DNA of 63,623 bases from Negaprion brevirostris. Lineage: Eukaryota. The notes beneath the pieces were generated by a model. It had not been told where the DNA came from, searched no databases, and worked only from the letters and a program-made list of their open reading frames with translations. The position numbers and the translations under genes were made by a program. Shown here piece by piece: positions 22,891 through 35,939 of the stretch; positions within the stretch are counted from its first letter, which is position 1; every line of letters starts with the position of its first letter. The stretch spans positions 33,183,836-33,247,458 of the forward strand of contig JARDVH010000124.1 of assembly GCA_030324005.1 (NCBI GenBank), in the 5' to 3' direction.

Positions 22891-23885
22891 TTCTTCCTGG
22901 TATCTTGTCCAATAGTAAACTTGTAAGATATCATCAGAAATTCTGCTGTTTATGGGAGCTTGCTCTATTGGCTGTTGTATTTTTTACTTGACATCTGCAA
23001 CTGCATTTTAAAAGTATTTAATTGTAAAACACATGGGATGTCCTGTCATGGTGAAATTTAAGTCACAGTCTTATTCTTTCATAGGGTGGCACAGAGACCT
23101 TCATCCTCTTTATTTACTTTTAATGGGGAATCAGAATACAGATAACACAGTGAAATGTCACTTCAATCTCCCAAAATATACTACTCCCAGTGTACAAATT
23201 GGAGGCTTGGATTGGCGAGCCACACAATAGGAGACACCAAGGAAAGACATGATGGTCTTTAACATGAGGGAGATTGTTAGATATAATTTCATCAATATTG
23301 GGAAAAGTGAAGCATGATTTGGGGCAAAGTAAGGGAATGCCTATGAGAAAGTGTAGCAGAATTTTTTCGGAATGTGAGCTGTGGTAATTCTGGAGCTATG
23401 TCAGCAAAAAACTGAGTTCAGTTCCTTGCCAAAGGGGAACCATGATAGCAAGACTCATTTAGCTGAAGGTCTCCCTTGTGAGCTCTGCCCACAGCTGGCT
23501 AGCATCTGGCACGACTCAGTTATTGCTTTGTGAGGGAAGTGCAACCTCATCTAGCATTGAAAGTTGTTCGATTGAAGTCGAGGTTATATGTACCAGTGGG
23601 TGAAGAATATGGTCTTGGGACAATTGGGGAAATAAAAGAAGAAAATAGAACATTACCTGAAAAATTGTAAATGTATTAAAACTAAACATTCAAATCAGTG
23701 TTTTTTTCCTTCCACCCACAATATCTGCCATCCAAACCGCTACTTTGTTCAAATTTCTGAATATAATTACTGAATCGTAAGTGCTCAAAGGATTAATATA
23801 GTTTAAAAAAAACTCTTGGCTGGTGTTAGGACAGGAGGGGGTGATTGTTTAAACACTTATAAGGACCAGTGATTTGTTCATGTAG

Positions 23886-24025
23886 GTTGCCAAGAAGAAC
23901 AACACAAACCACTGCAAGCAAGTGACAGCCGCTCTGCAAAGTCCTATTGGTACCATACAAGTATCCGGCTGTGAAGAAGGCATTCACTTCATTCAGCTCC
24001 AGGCGAGTTTTGTACCCAAGGACAG
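23886..24025 (+). CDS. MGMT: O6-methylguanine-DNA methyltransferase, N-terminal coding exon (equivalent to human exon 2); rest of gene not found in window
   Basis: Acceptor ttcatgtag|GTT and donor GACAG|gtgtgt. Reads VAKKNNTNHCKQVTAALQSPIGTIQVSGCEEGIHFIQLQASFVPKD, aligning with human [29 protein letters not shown] including the Zn-site residues C..C..H. 140 nt ending in phase 2, like the human exon. Confidence 0.9.
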
Positions 24026-27000
24026 GTGTGTATGCTATGAATGGCCTTCATATATTTGATTAATTAAATTATTGGCAGAGAAAGAAAGGCCCCCATGTAA
24101 TAACACATTTGATCAAACCAAAGCTCTTTTATCAAATAATAAAGCAAGAGCTTAAGTTGAATTAATGAACAGGATTTAAAGAAAAAAAATCTCAGAAGTA
24201 ACATAAGTGAATTGCTTAAAAATGCAGAGTCCTTATCTGTGTTTTTTTTTATGAGTAGTGAAATTTCAACCAACGTAAGTTATTCACTGAAACAAATGAA
24301 AAATCTTTTTGTTGATCATTTCGTAACATGAAAGTTGAATCATTAACTTCCAGTCTTCAGTAATATTAAAGAAAATTGCCATTGCTGGAATGGCACGGCA
24401 CCATTTGTGGTTACATTATAAGTGTATTACAAAATTCAAATAAATGTGTTGAGATATCGATCTGAATGTTGTAACTGGAAGTGGGTGAAACTCATCCATG
24501 GTAACCAGAATCTCCTTCAATTAACTCATTTAAAAATAATAGTGAAAAAGAATCTTAAGTGTGAAAAGAACGGTCTGCTTAAGACTGACTTACACAAAGC
24601 TTTATATTACAGAATTACTTTTTTAGACCATCTTCTGCCACACATTGCAGTTGTATTGAAATGATACCACTACGTAAAGATGTGAGAGTTATTCTTTGGA
24701 TAGGCTTTGCAGGAAAAAATGATCCGAACAATGCATTCTGTTATTAATACACAAACAGGCCAACAGCTTATTACACGGTAGAGTCACCAATAATTTATGT
24801 TGCGTGAATGTGTTGCACCACCAATTGCTCCATGAAAACAGGATATCACGCTTAAACTTCTTGTGATTTTGATGAAGTCGCTGCATAAGTTTCTGTCATG
24901 TGTTTGATGGGAAATTAAATCAATAGTTATCAGCATAAGCATCCTTTTAATGGTGTCACGATTGTCAGTGATTGTTGATCAAACACTCTTGCCCAGAAAG
25001 TAAACAATTATAATTATGGAGACTTATTCCTTCAATTGTGATTTTTTTTTTAGATTATAAAAATGCTAAATGTAATTTTTAAATTTTTTTGTTTGCCTTC
25101 TTCCTTTCAATCTAATTTTTTCCCCTCGTTTATTCCTCTGTACCTAATTTGAGTTCAATTCACTGACTCTATTTCTCCTTCATTCTTCATCTTACTCCTG
25201 TTTCCTTCTCAATCTCTTAACCTTATTGGTTAAGGAGATAGTCCATTCTGTTATTCACCAACAATACTAAACCTTGTTGCCCTCACCACGTCATTATCCA
25301 CTGGCATGCCAGAAACATTGTGGGTAAACAGTTTCAGACTTAGTCTTTCACAATGCAAAAGTATATGTGCACAAGGTCGCTACAACACCCCGCAATCTAA
25401 TAAATGAGATCACTTTCAGGAGCTGGTGCACCTATCTATGTTATGCTTTCTTTGGCTTAAATAAGTTGAGTGTGGGAATTTTGCTTCATAACTCAACTCG
25501 AATGGGATGCAGTACATATTTCAAGCTGAACCAATAAATAGTCAAATGTAATTTTTTGTCACACTAGATTGTTATACTTTTTTTCTTCTTTCTGGTAGGC
25601 ACATACATTTGAAATAAACCGTGTTGTGTTTGATCTGATTTGAAGGCATGCTGAACCTTATAGCTGCATAATGTGTATTATTTGCATTTTTTAACTGAGG
25701 CAAGCCAATATCCTCGACCCAATCATTGAAAAATCCCTTAGTAGTGTAATCTGTTCCAGTAATATGCTTCACTTGGTACAGCAAGCATTTTTTTTTTACA
25801 TCATTTACTATTTAGGATGAAAAACAATGTCCCAGAATTTGTATAATCAGCAGATTGTGTGTAATAATTAGACTGGGTTCCTAACTGCAGTATTGAGTCT
25901 GGAGTTTATGAACACGGTTCTACGATTGACAGTTTTTATTGGAGTACAACTGCTTAACAATTGTAGGATTATAGAAACATTCAGAAAAGATATCTGAGAA
26001 AAATGGTGTTTTAGATTATTTTGACATGGCTCATATTGTTAAAATGAATGACAAAGTGCTAATATATTAGATAACTGAGCTTTTTGTACTCATAATTACT
26101 CTTGGAGCGCGGTTAAATTGTTAGGATTTTGAGTTCAGAAGGATGTATATCTAAAAGTAGCCATTTGATACATAATATACAGTAAATTGAAAATGTTAGT
26201 CATTGAGCTGTTCAGTTGTTTTGGAGATTAACACAGTTCCTAAAATAGCTATATAATTCAATAATAATGGAAGACTATTATTTTATATCTTTGTATTTTA
26301 TTTCTCTAGTGTTATCGTTATTTCCAGGGAACAAAATAGATGAATACTGGAGCTAGATTCATCTTTTGTCATTTCGTTAGGGGTATTTTTAGAGGTGGAA
26401 AAATCCATGTTCGACTGGACAATTGGCTGAACTACTAACAAATAAGTGCCTTGAGATCGATGACAATTTTAGAAATAATATCTCTAAGCATTTAGGGCAA
26501 TAAGCAGAGACAGAATTACTCAGAATGCTGGGATCAAAAAAAAGAAGCTACGTTAAGAGGTTACAAATGCAAATAGCCAATACAATGGCCAGAATTCTTC
26601 GTCATTCACATGGTGAGATTCTCTGGACCCACCAGCGGTGCATCCCCTGGTTTTTCAGTGGCATGAGGTGGCTTCAATGAGAATTCCAATTGAGAGCGGC
26701 GGGACCAGAAGATCCCGACACCAGCGAATGGCACACCCTCTCCTGCCACTGAGAAAAACGCTGAGGAGAGGCCAGCTGTTTCTGCCCTTAAGTATTTTGT
26801 AAAAGAAAAGGCAAGTAGTGTTTGACTAGTATAACATTGATACAAACTTTGCCTCAATCTCAAAACAAAATGAGTGTGATTGACTTGCGTGTGACCTAGA
26901 GAGGTTTTCTGGCATGTGAGGTAGGGAGTCATTACTTGGTAAGCACCATGGAGGCAAGCAAGCACATGATAATGTACCTCATCTTTCCTTTAGAAATGAG

Positions 27001-29428
27001 ATCTCTAGAGTGGTAAAATATAACCAAAGTAAGCATGGCAATCAATTCAAAAATCATATTCTGCAGCCACAGTCAATTGTTGGCAAAGTAGCTTTACTTA
27101 GACACAGGAAGCTTTCCCAAATTTTGCACAGTCACTGATAGTTTCCCTAGTGGTATAATTTGCCATAACTTAAAAGAAATCAATTAATCTATCATGAAAC
27201 CTATTGTATAACTCACAATTACATGATTGATCCGTTAGGTCTGATCTGCTGAATGCCTATATACTACAGCTGGCCAATTGTCCATTACAGGAAACTAGCC
27301 AGCTGTCTTGCTGGCTGTAGCTCACCAGTAAAAGTTTAATGATGCTTGAACCCAAAAGTCATTCCAGATTCCCAGATGCTGTGTTGGGAGGTGCTGCTTG
27401 TGCATTGCTGATATCTGACCCATTCAGCACAAAAACGGAAGGCCCCGCACTTTTGACAGGTGTGTAATTTTCATCTCTTAACCAGCATTGTTATTTCTAA
27501 AACCAGCACCTGGAACTGTGAATCATTATGTAAATAAGGTTAAACAAGAGATTTTAGTTGCCATTAAAGCAGTTCAACACTGTTTTATACCCGAAAATGA
27601 AAATCATCCCCACTTTGTTTCTTCTAGCTAATCATACAAAATTCACTAGTGAAAGGGTGAATAATTTAGAAGAGATAGATCTGAAAAAAAACTTAAATTG
27701 ACCGAGTAGAGGACTATTGGAGGACTGAAGGGCCTTTCCTATGCTGTACGTTTCTTTGGAGTATAGGTTTGCAAATTTTGAACGACGGTCAGAAAGTTTT
27801 GCTTCATGCTAAAAGTAATCAATGTATTGAATAGAATTCCTGGTGGATAAGTGAAATAAAAGCACGAGCCCAGAATTATTTGAGAAACCATTAGAGTTAT
27901 GATGAGTGGATTACAGTGTTTGTAATACAGATAAACCCATCAGCTAAATTATGTCCTCTTCCATATTAATTTTATGAGTTCAGGAGAAGACACAACGACT
28001 ATTTTTAAGTGTTTTTTTTTGAGAAGGAACAAGCAAAAGGATATGAGTGCCATAGAGAGGTCAGCACAAGATAAAAGATGCAAATACATTACACCTAAAA
28101 TAAAAAATTGATGGATTAGATGCAGGGAGGAAAAGTCAGCTCGACTCTACAGAATGATGAGGACTCCAAGTGTCAGATTTAGCCTGAGCAAGCAATCTAG
28201 TGAATTCAGAATTAAAGGAAGGTGGATGCTGCTGAGATCTGTGAATGTTGGTGTTGGTAATTTTGATTTATCCAACATTTCTTGTTGGATAGGTAACCTA
28301 ACTGCACGTATGCCCTTGAACAGTGATTACAAAGAAGAAGAATTGACATATCCATAAAGGCTGACCCATGTGTATGTGAGCGATATTGCCCAGGGATGGT
28401 TTGTAGCTGGGACAGACTTGGCAATGAGGCACAAGTGCAAGTTGGATGCACTTGTGTTGATAGATGAGAAGAAGCCATTCAAGGAAATTTTGTGACTAGA
28501 TTAGACCAGGTATGGCAGAATAAAGCAATGTCATTGAAGTAGATGAGGTGATAATGGAGAATGCAATGATTAGTGTTTTGAAGACTTAAATCATTGAGGA
28601 GGATGAGTGGCAAAGTTTTTGATATCAGTCTACAAGTATATAACTGGTATACTTGTAGAATTGCTTTCTATTATGGTCTCATCATAATTCAATAGTAGAA
28701 CCAATTAGAGAACTTGAGTTAGTGCCAAGTATGAATTAAGAGATGTTGGAGAGAAAAGGGGAAGCTCTATATAAAACCATAGTTTATAAAGAATGAGGGG
28801 CCAGAAAATACATTTTTCATACAATGGTCTGGATTTTACAGGGGTCATGTTCATCCCGAAAAGCAGTTAGGAGCCCACCCATGAGAGAGCAAACTTTGGT
28901 GCAGCTATTTTAAGCTCACTGGAGCCAAATGGCCTACTCCTACTTCTCTGTCTACGGTCTTCCTGTCTTATTTATTGGCTCAGGGTAAGATATCCACTCT
29001 GACATTAGGGAAGGAAGTCCTGCCTTAACTGACATTTCTGTAGTCCCAGCACCACTAGATGTGAATGGTGGCCGTGGCTGGGACCAGAGCCAGACCCCAA
29101 AGAAGAGGCTGGATTGAAGTCAAGCCTCTGGTATGAATGGGCCCAGTGAGCATGCCCAGCAATTGAGATGAGGGGAAAGGAGGCCTAGTTTGAGAGTCCT
29201 GTGGGATGAGACATTTAACTTAGGAGGGTGAGTGCATCCAATATGCAGAAGGAACTCCCCCACCACTGGAAGTAAAATTATTAAGGATCTCATTAGTTGA
29301 GATTCTGCCTCCCGCCTCCCGCATTATCCTCAGCAACCTCTGATCTTTTCTGCGTTCCCCATGTTCTTCAAGGGCACTCCACCAATATTCTCCCCATCCT
29401 CCCTGATCTCTCCAATCCCTTCCATGTT

Positions 29429-29610
29429 CATAGAATCATAGAACCCTACAGTGCAGAAAGAGGCCCTTCGGCCCATCGAGTCTGCACCGAACACAATCCT
29501 ACCNNNNNNNNNNNNNNNNNNNNNNNNNNNNNNNNNNNNNNNNNNNNNGAGTTGAACCCAGGACCCTGGAGCTGTGAAGCAGCAGTGCTAACCACTGTGC
29601 CACCGTGCCG
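29429..29610 (-). mobile_element. HE1-like SINE (type A tail), partly N
   Basis: catagaatcatagaaccctacagtgcagaaagaggcccttcggcccatcgagtctgcaccg..agcagcagtgctaaccactgtgccaccgtgccg. Confidence 0.88.
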
Positions 29611-30764
29611 TTCTTCTTCACCTTCCCCAAACACTCTGTTTCTTTCACAATCTTCTTATTTCCCCTCATCCTGACCTCCACCTCCTAAGGGTCCAGAAGA
29701 ATACCAATTCATCATCTCTGGCTCCACCATCAATGTAACCACTGCCAAAACCTCTGGACTCTACTTCCCACCACCATTCTGTTTCCTGGATGCAATCTGG
29801 TGCTGTTTCTCAATCTGACTGGCTGGTTGCAGCTGAGAAATGAAATAAAGAAATTATACTCATGCCTGCTGTTACATTCAGCAGCTCCTGAGGTAAGTTT
29901 GTTCAGCTGGGTGTCTGGAGTGCAAAATCGCCTCCCTCACTCTTCAAGTCTCCCAATATTCTGGTCAATATTTCTGGATAATAGAAAACAAATTACATGA
30001 AGATTGGGAGAAACGAAAGAACACTCCAGTATATTGCAGTATTTCCAAGTTGATGGTATATTAATTAAGTTGCTGTTTCCTTTAGGCTACAAAGAGGAAA
30101 AACAGCATTGCTCTGTTTAAAAATTAGCAAAGCTGTGGCTGGAGCATTTATTTTCACAGTAGCTTCCCAAATTGCCGTCCTTCAAATATAAGCTTCTATA
30201 GTGATTGTTGAGAGGTCGACTGACCTGAGGAAGGAGAAATTACAGTCAAACTTATCCACTTTTCACCTAATAACCTCACCACTGCTCTTACTGAGGACAG
30301 GTAGCTTTCTACAGATCAGGGACTGGTCTCAGTATGTTTCAGTACAAGGCTGCTATAGTTCGGTATCACACTGCTGGGTGTGTTTGACCAAAAGAGAATG
30401 AAGAATTTTCATTTTTTTACTTAGTTAGATTTTTGCAAAAAAAAACGAAAAGCTTCTGATTCAACAAGACATGCAGAGATTAAAATATTTGATGTCACGT
30501 TAGAGGCAGCTGAAAATAATCTTCGTCAGACCCAAACAACAATGTCTGTAAAGACTTTCTTGTATTTCTACTTTTTATACTCAGTTCAAACAAATGGGAG
30601 TTGAAGCATATTAATTTAAATGTTGGAAATGTAACGCAAGACATGCCAGAAGCCAATAAATTAATCACTACCCTTGTGTATACTTTTCTATCGAGGAGCA
30701 TTGACATCCTTTATCATCATGTTTTATAACTGGAATTTTTTTATGGATGGTGTGATAGATCATA

Positions 30765-30890
30765 GCACCATAGAAAGATATGGCACAGAAGGAGGTCATT
30801 CTGCCCAATTTGCCAGTGCCAACTTTTTTCTCAAGCTTTCCAATTAATCCCAGACCACTGCTTATTTATCTTAGCCCTGTATGTTTTCTG
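30765..30890 (-). mobile_element. CR1 3' end remnant
   Basis: catagaaagatatggcacagaaggaggtcattctgccc is a reversed CR1 terminus. Confidence 0.55.
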
Positions 30891-30951
30891 ATCTGATCTG
30901 TGTTTTATAGGTCTGTAAGCTCACCACCATCTTCTCTGGGGCAATTAAGGA

Positions 30952-31284
30952 CTTTTAAATTTATTTCAAGGGCATGGGTGTCACTGGCTGGCTATTTTTT
31001 ATTGCCTATCCCCAGTTGCCCTTGGAGGGTCGTGGAGAGTCAACCACATTGCTGTGATTCTGGACTGAAATGTAGGCCTGACCAGATTTCTTTCCCTAAA
31101 GGACATTAGTGTTTTTAGGGATTTTTCAGCAATCGACAATGGTTTCATTGTAATCAGTCAATACTTAATTCCAGATTTTTAAAATGAATTGAAATTCCGC
31201 CATCTATCGTGGTACAATTCAAACTCAGAACATTAGGTGAGTTTCTGGATTAATCGTCTAGTGGTAATACCACTAAGCCTTCAC
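30952..31284 (-). mobile_element. tRNA-derived shark SINE inserted in opposite orientation into a LINE/SINE tail fragment (30917-30951 and 31285-31347, +)
   Basis: Core homologous to the copies at 14668 and 22548. The flanks join to gggcaattaagga|tgggcaataataaatg, the + version of this SINE's own tail. Confidence 0.72.
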
Positions 31285-33252
31285 TGGGCAATAATAAATG
31301 TTGTCCTAGTCAGTGAATGCTCACACCCCAAGAATGGATAAACAAAATAGAATAAATAATCCAGCTGATGAATATCCCAATAATAAATCTTGGTTTACTA
31401 CCTTGGGGTGACTATGGTGATGACAACCATACCTTACTGGAAGGATCACACACAGACATGTCTCAAAATACTTCTGAGACACAAATACAAAGGAGGCTAC
31501 AGGGACAGAAGTTCACATTGAGCCATGAGAAAGTGCACAAGCAGGGAAAAAAATAATGTAATGAAATTGTTCAAGGATTGTAATAAATATAACAACTCCG
31601 GTATCAGGCTGGCAGTAACTGATTTGTAAGTATTAACATTGTCATCAGATTTGCTTCCAATAGCCAAAATGGTGACCAAATTGAAAATCTGTCTGTGAGA
31701 ACGGCCTGTAATCATTCTGAATAATTTGAGAGGCCCCAATGCAGATAGGATTGTGATACTACTTTAGGATAGGTTCAGCATTGAAGACGTTTCCACCTGA
31801 ATTTTTGTAACTTCTGCCACTTCACAGCAGCCTAGGATCAGGTGGCCTGCAGCCATGTTTAACTTTTCATGTTTAAATTGTTTCATCTGCATTAAGACCA
31901 GACTTCAAGTGAAGCTAATTGGTAAAACCATGTAGTCTAAACTGAAAGGGTGAAAATAGCATTCAGAGCATATTTTATTGAAACCCAAGGCCCTGATTAG
32001 CATTTTCATGGCATAACAGAGCAGACATTGCTTCAGTAACAGGTAGGATAAGAAATGAAATCTAACTCAAAATCATATAAACACCAATCTTAAAACACCT
32101 TTTGACAAGAAGACAAGATTAAGTTACAGTTGACTTGATTCAAATTGTCCTAATTGAGCCAATGTGAAGGTTCTGCGCAAGACATATTGCCATTATTATT
32201 ATTAGTGTTGCTATCATCTTTTAGCTTCTAGCTTAAAAAAAACCTAAGGGCTAATAATCAAATGCTGATGTAAACTTTGGTTTGCTTACATGTCTAAGTA
32301 ATATTCTACCACCTGTTCAATGTATATAGTGCAAAACAAACTCAGGGAGCAGTTGTGTGAACAGTTAGTGATTGCAGCTTTCTATATTTCCACATGAACT
32401 GCAGTTAAGTTGAAATGTCTCTCATCTGAAGCCTGTACATAGTGCAGATTGGAACAATGGGCCCACGTTTCAACCATTTATTGGAAGAAAAGTATTGTGA
32501 GGGCAGCAGATTTAGGCTGATTACCCTGGAACTGTGCCAACAGCAAATTGGAAGCTGATGATTTCCTAATGTCCGGGTTACCTGCCTGGAACTGGCATTG
32601 AATATGCAAAGCTGGGCCCTAAAACTAGTTTTGGGATTCCATTCAGAAATTAGCATCAACTGGAGGATATGATCTGTGGGGTCTGGTTAGTTTTTTTGGT
32701 GGTATGCAAAGATCTAACCAGTGGTTCTTTCAAGAGCCTGCTGTAGACAGTTCACTGAATGCAATGTCCATTTTTTAAAATGTTGCATCCATGGAACCAA
32801 TGGAGCAGCATCGCTCCTACTTGCTCCATCAAATTAACATGGCTATGACTGATCTGGGATCATTCCACCCCGTCCCCCGCCCCGGATCGGCCCCGTCCCC
32901 CGTAGGCCCGCGCCCTCTAACGCCATCCCCCCAACCCCCTCCCCACCAGCACTGCCTGGGTGGGCAGGTCGGGGTCCAGATGTGCAGGACCGTAGCACTT
33001 CCCACCGGGTCCCTGGTATTGCTAGACTGGCACTGTTCAACAGACAAATGTCTGCCCCTGGGAGAGGGGGGGTGCCTCAGTGCCCTCTGTCCCTACCAGG
33101 AGGGGAGGTCAAACCTAGTCCCCTTTGATGGGGACCAGCTTTAATCCCTGCTGGTGGGAACCTACTGGGATTGGTATTGATACTGAGATGTCAATGTCAG
33201 TACAGTAATCAGCCTCAAACTGATTTTCACTGGAAGGCTGGTTACGTTAAAA

Positions 33253-33393
33253 ATAGAACATAGAACACTACAGCACAAACAGGCCCTTCCTGTTGCGCTG
33301 ATCATATCCCTACCTGCCAGGCCTATCTATAACCCCCAATCCCATTAAATCCCATGTACTCATCCAGAAGTCTCTTAAAAGACCCCAGCGAGT
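33253..33393 (-). mobile_element. CR1 3' end running into N gap
   Basis: atagaacatagaacactacagcacaaacaggccctt..; - strand SLGSFKRLLDEYMG. Confidence 0.8.
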
Positions 33394-35939
33394 NNNNNNN
33401 NNNNNNNNNNNNNNNNNNNNNNNNNNNNNNNNNNNNNNNNNNNNNNNNNNNNNNNNNNNNNNNNNNNNNNNNNNNNNNNNNNNNNNNNNNNNNTCCCTTC
33501 ATCCCCAACTAGCCCCTCTGCTTCATCCCCACCCCCAATCCTTACCTATAGGCTGGCTTTTGCCAAGTCTGGCCATATTTCTCAAGATCCTGACTGGAGA
33601 GTTCCAACGGACAATGAGTTAGTGGTTGCTGTTCTCTATTTTTTTTTTAGGACTGAGGCCCAAAGTCTAATTTTAAGTGAGTGGGGCCATGTTTTCAAGC
33701 TCACATTTCAGGCTTAGTGCCCATTTTGTGTGAGTTTCCAACACAAATGAATTTGTGTACTGAAGATTTTCGAATTAGGAAACAAATTCTTAAGGTTTAT
33801 GTTCTTTAATATATGATATAGCTCTCTTGATTGGGTTATTATCTTGTATCTCCACCTATTCATTTAATTTTCTAAATATAAAGTCATGGGAGGCAATGTG
33901 TCATTTGTTTTTCTTGCTGGAGTCAGACCCATTTCTGAGGGTCACCACTGAAGTAAATGAAAATTAGCTGGCATTATCTTTTTATTAATGCTCATTATAT
34001 AGGGACACCCCTATTCTATATGGTGCACAAGAATGATCATTTTGCTTCAACGCAGCAAGGGCAAGTAAATCAGAAAATAATAGTGCAAATGATAAAATAA
34101 AATTGCAGTATGGAAATACATAAAATGACTTGTTTCCCTTGACAACTTTCCTGAATGAGTGCAAAAAATTATTTTAGCAGTGCAGTTGGTGGAGGCACTG
34201 AAATTTACTCATCTGACAAGAAACCCTAATCCTGTCAATTTTTGCCAAGGTAGAGAATCCCCCTTGACAAAGTATTGAAGTGCTGACAAATGAATGACTT
34301 GCGATCCATTCCTGCTCATGGGAAGTCCATTTTTAAGCCTTTAGGACAATAGCCAGAGGCAAGGTTGAAATACAGAACCTTGCAGGTGAAAAGCAGCAGT
34401 TAGTTATGTAGAAAATGTCTAANNNNNNNNNNNNNNNNNNNNNNNNNNNNNNNNNNNNNNNNNNNNNNNNNNNNNNNNNNNNNNNNNNNNNNNNNNNNNN
34501 NNNNNNNNNNNNNNNNNNNNNNTAGTTATGTATAAATTGTCTAATATCAGTATTTGTAAAGAAGCGACTGTGATGTGATATGTTGGATTTAATGAAATAT
34601 GATATATTATGTATTAATATTAAAAAGAAATGTTAGCAGGTGTTATTCTAAAACAACTTAATTGTTGAAAATATAAAGTAATTTAGCACATTCATAGACA
34701 ATTTAACACTGTTGTAGGTTATATTACAAACTTCCCATACCAGTTCGACTGCTCTATCTATTTATTAAAACTTTTCATGCAGTAAAAACATTTTACTTGT
34801 TAATGAGGAAAAATGGAAGAATTAATGACATAGAGTTGGATCTTCCAAGATGTCTCCTGTAACCATGCAAAACCATCTCCCTTTTCCTGTATGTAGTTTA
34901 ATTTCTGTGTTAAGGTTCAGTAAGCAAATGCAAATAGATTTAATGATTTGCATCAGTAGATCATTTCTCTGTATAATATCCTTTGCTATTTTGGTCAAGG
35001 ACTTTTTCTTTAGTAAGCTTCACCTATTTCCTAGAGCAAAAATTATTAATATTGGTAACATTAAGATATGTTCAAATGAGGAGAGAGATGAATTTATCAT
35101 GTAGTTACAGTCAGATTGGTCCATCATCTTTCCAGCCAAGTTAATTGCAGCAGAGGATATCTGTAATACAATATAAGTGAAAGAATGCATGGGGAATTGT
35201 GGAAAAAAAATGGAATGTAATAAAATGTTTTAAATTGCCTAATGAATTTAACATTTTAGGAATTCTTTAAAACATTTAGCATCCTATCCCTTTTTGGGAA
35301 AGCACCAGTATTACATTAAAGCTACTCCAGTTATTTTGAACATGGCACGTCTTGTAGAATGACGAGTATAAACTGATAACTACGTTGTTTAACATTTGTC
35401 TCTTGGAAAATGTGCTGCTGAAATGGTATCGTACTAAAAGCAATGAGCTTAGTTTCTTCATGTGTGTTCTTATTCCTTTCTGTGTTCATTTTTTTTTCTT
35501 TCTTTCTGAGCTCCTTTCATTCCTTTTTTTCCTTGATCCATATTTACCTTGTATTGTAAATGAAAGTAGTTCTTAGGACATTAATTGAGCTCTGTTGGAT
35601 GAATTGGTTCAAAACAAAAAAAGCAATTTCCAAATTCTCCCAGCCCACATGTGCATTATGATTTTTAAGCTGATTTCTCCAGAGTCTTATTCCACCATTT
35701 GAATTTCCTAGACTCGTAGGATTTACAAAACATTGTTAGAATTTGTTGGTGTGTTCTGTGCATATTGAACGTCTCCAATGTATCATTTATCAATGGCAAA
35801 GTGACACAATCGTTTTTTTATGGCAGCCTTCATTCTTGTAAGGCAGTGGTTGGCATCACCAATTCTTTGTGGTCAACTCTCTGTTAAGCATCATCTGGTG
35901 TGGTTCAGGAGCCTTTCTCTAACATGGCAATCTGTCATA

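Larger units (their letters stand above)
22040..23080 (+). mobile_element. DeuSINE/SacSINE1-like SINE split into three pieces (22040-22094, 22374-22547, 22891-23080) by two nested insertions
   Basis: Head tcagtaagtagtactctcacttctgagtcagaagg; core gctgcactgttgaaggtgctatcttttgg..ctctcaggtgggagtaaaatatcccaaag..gaagaagagtag; tail ctgctgtttatgggagcttgct..aaaagtatttaattgtaaaacacatgggatgtcctg. Confidence 0.72.

Noticed and set aside
28100-28800. Very old L2-like remnant (also 29290-29770)
   Set aside because: Only faint resemblance; boundaries and family could not be supported.
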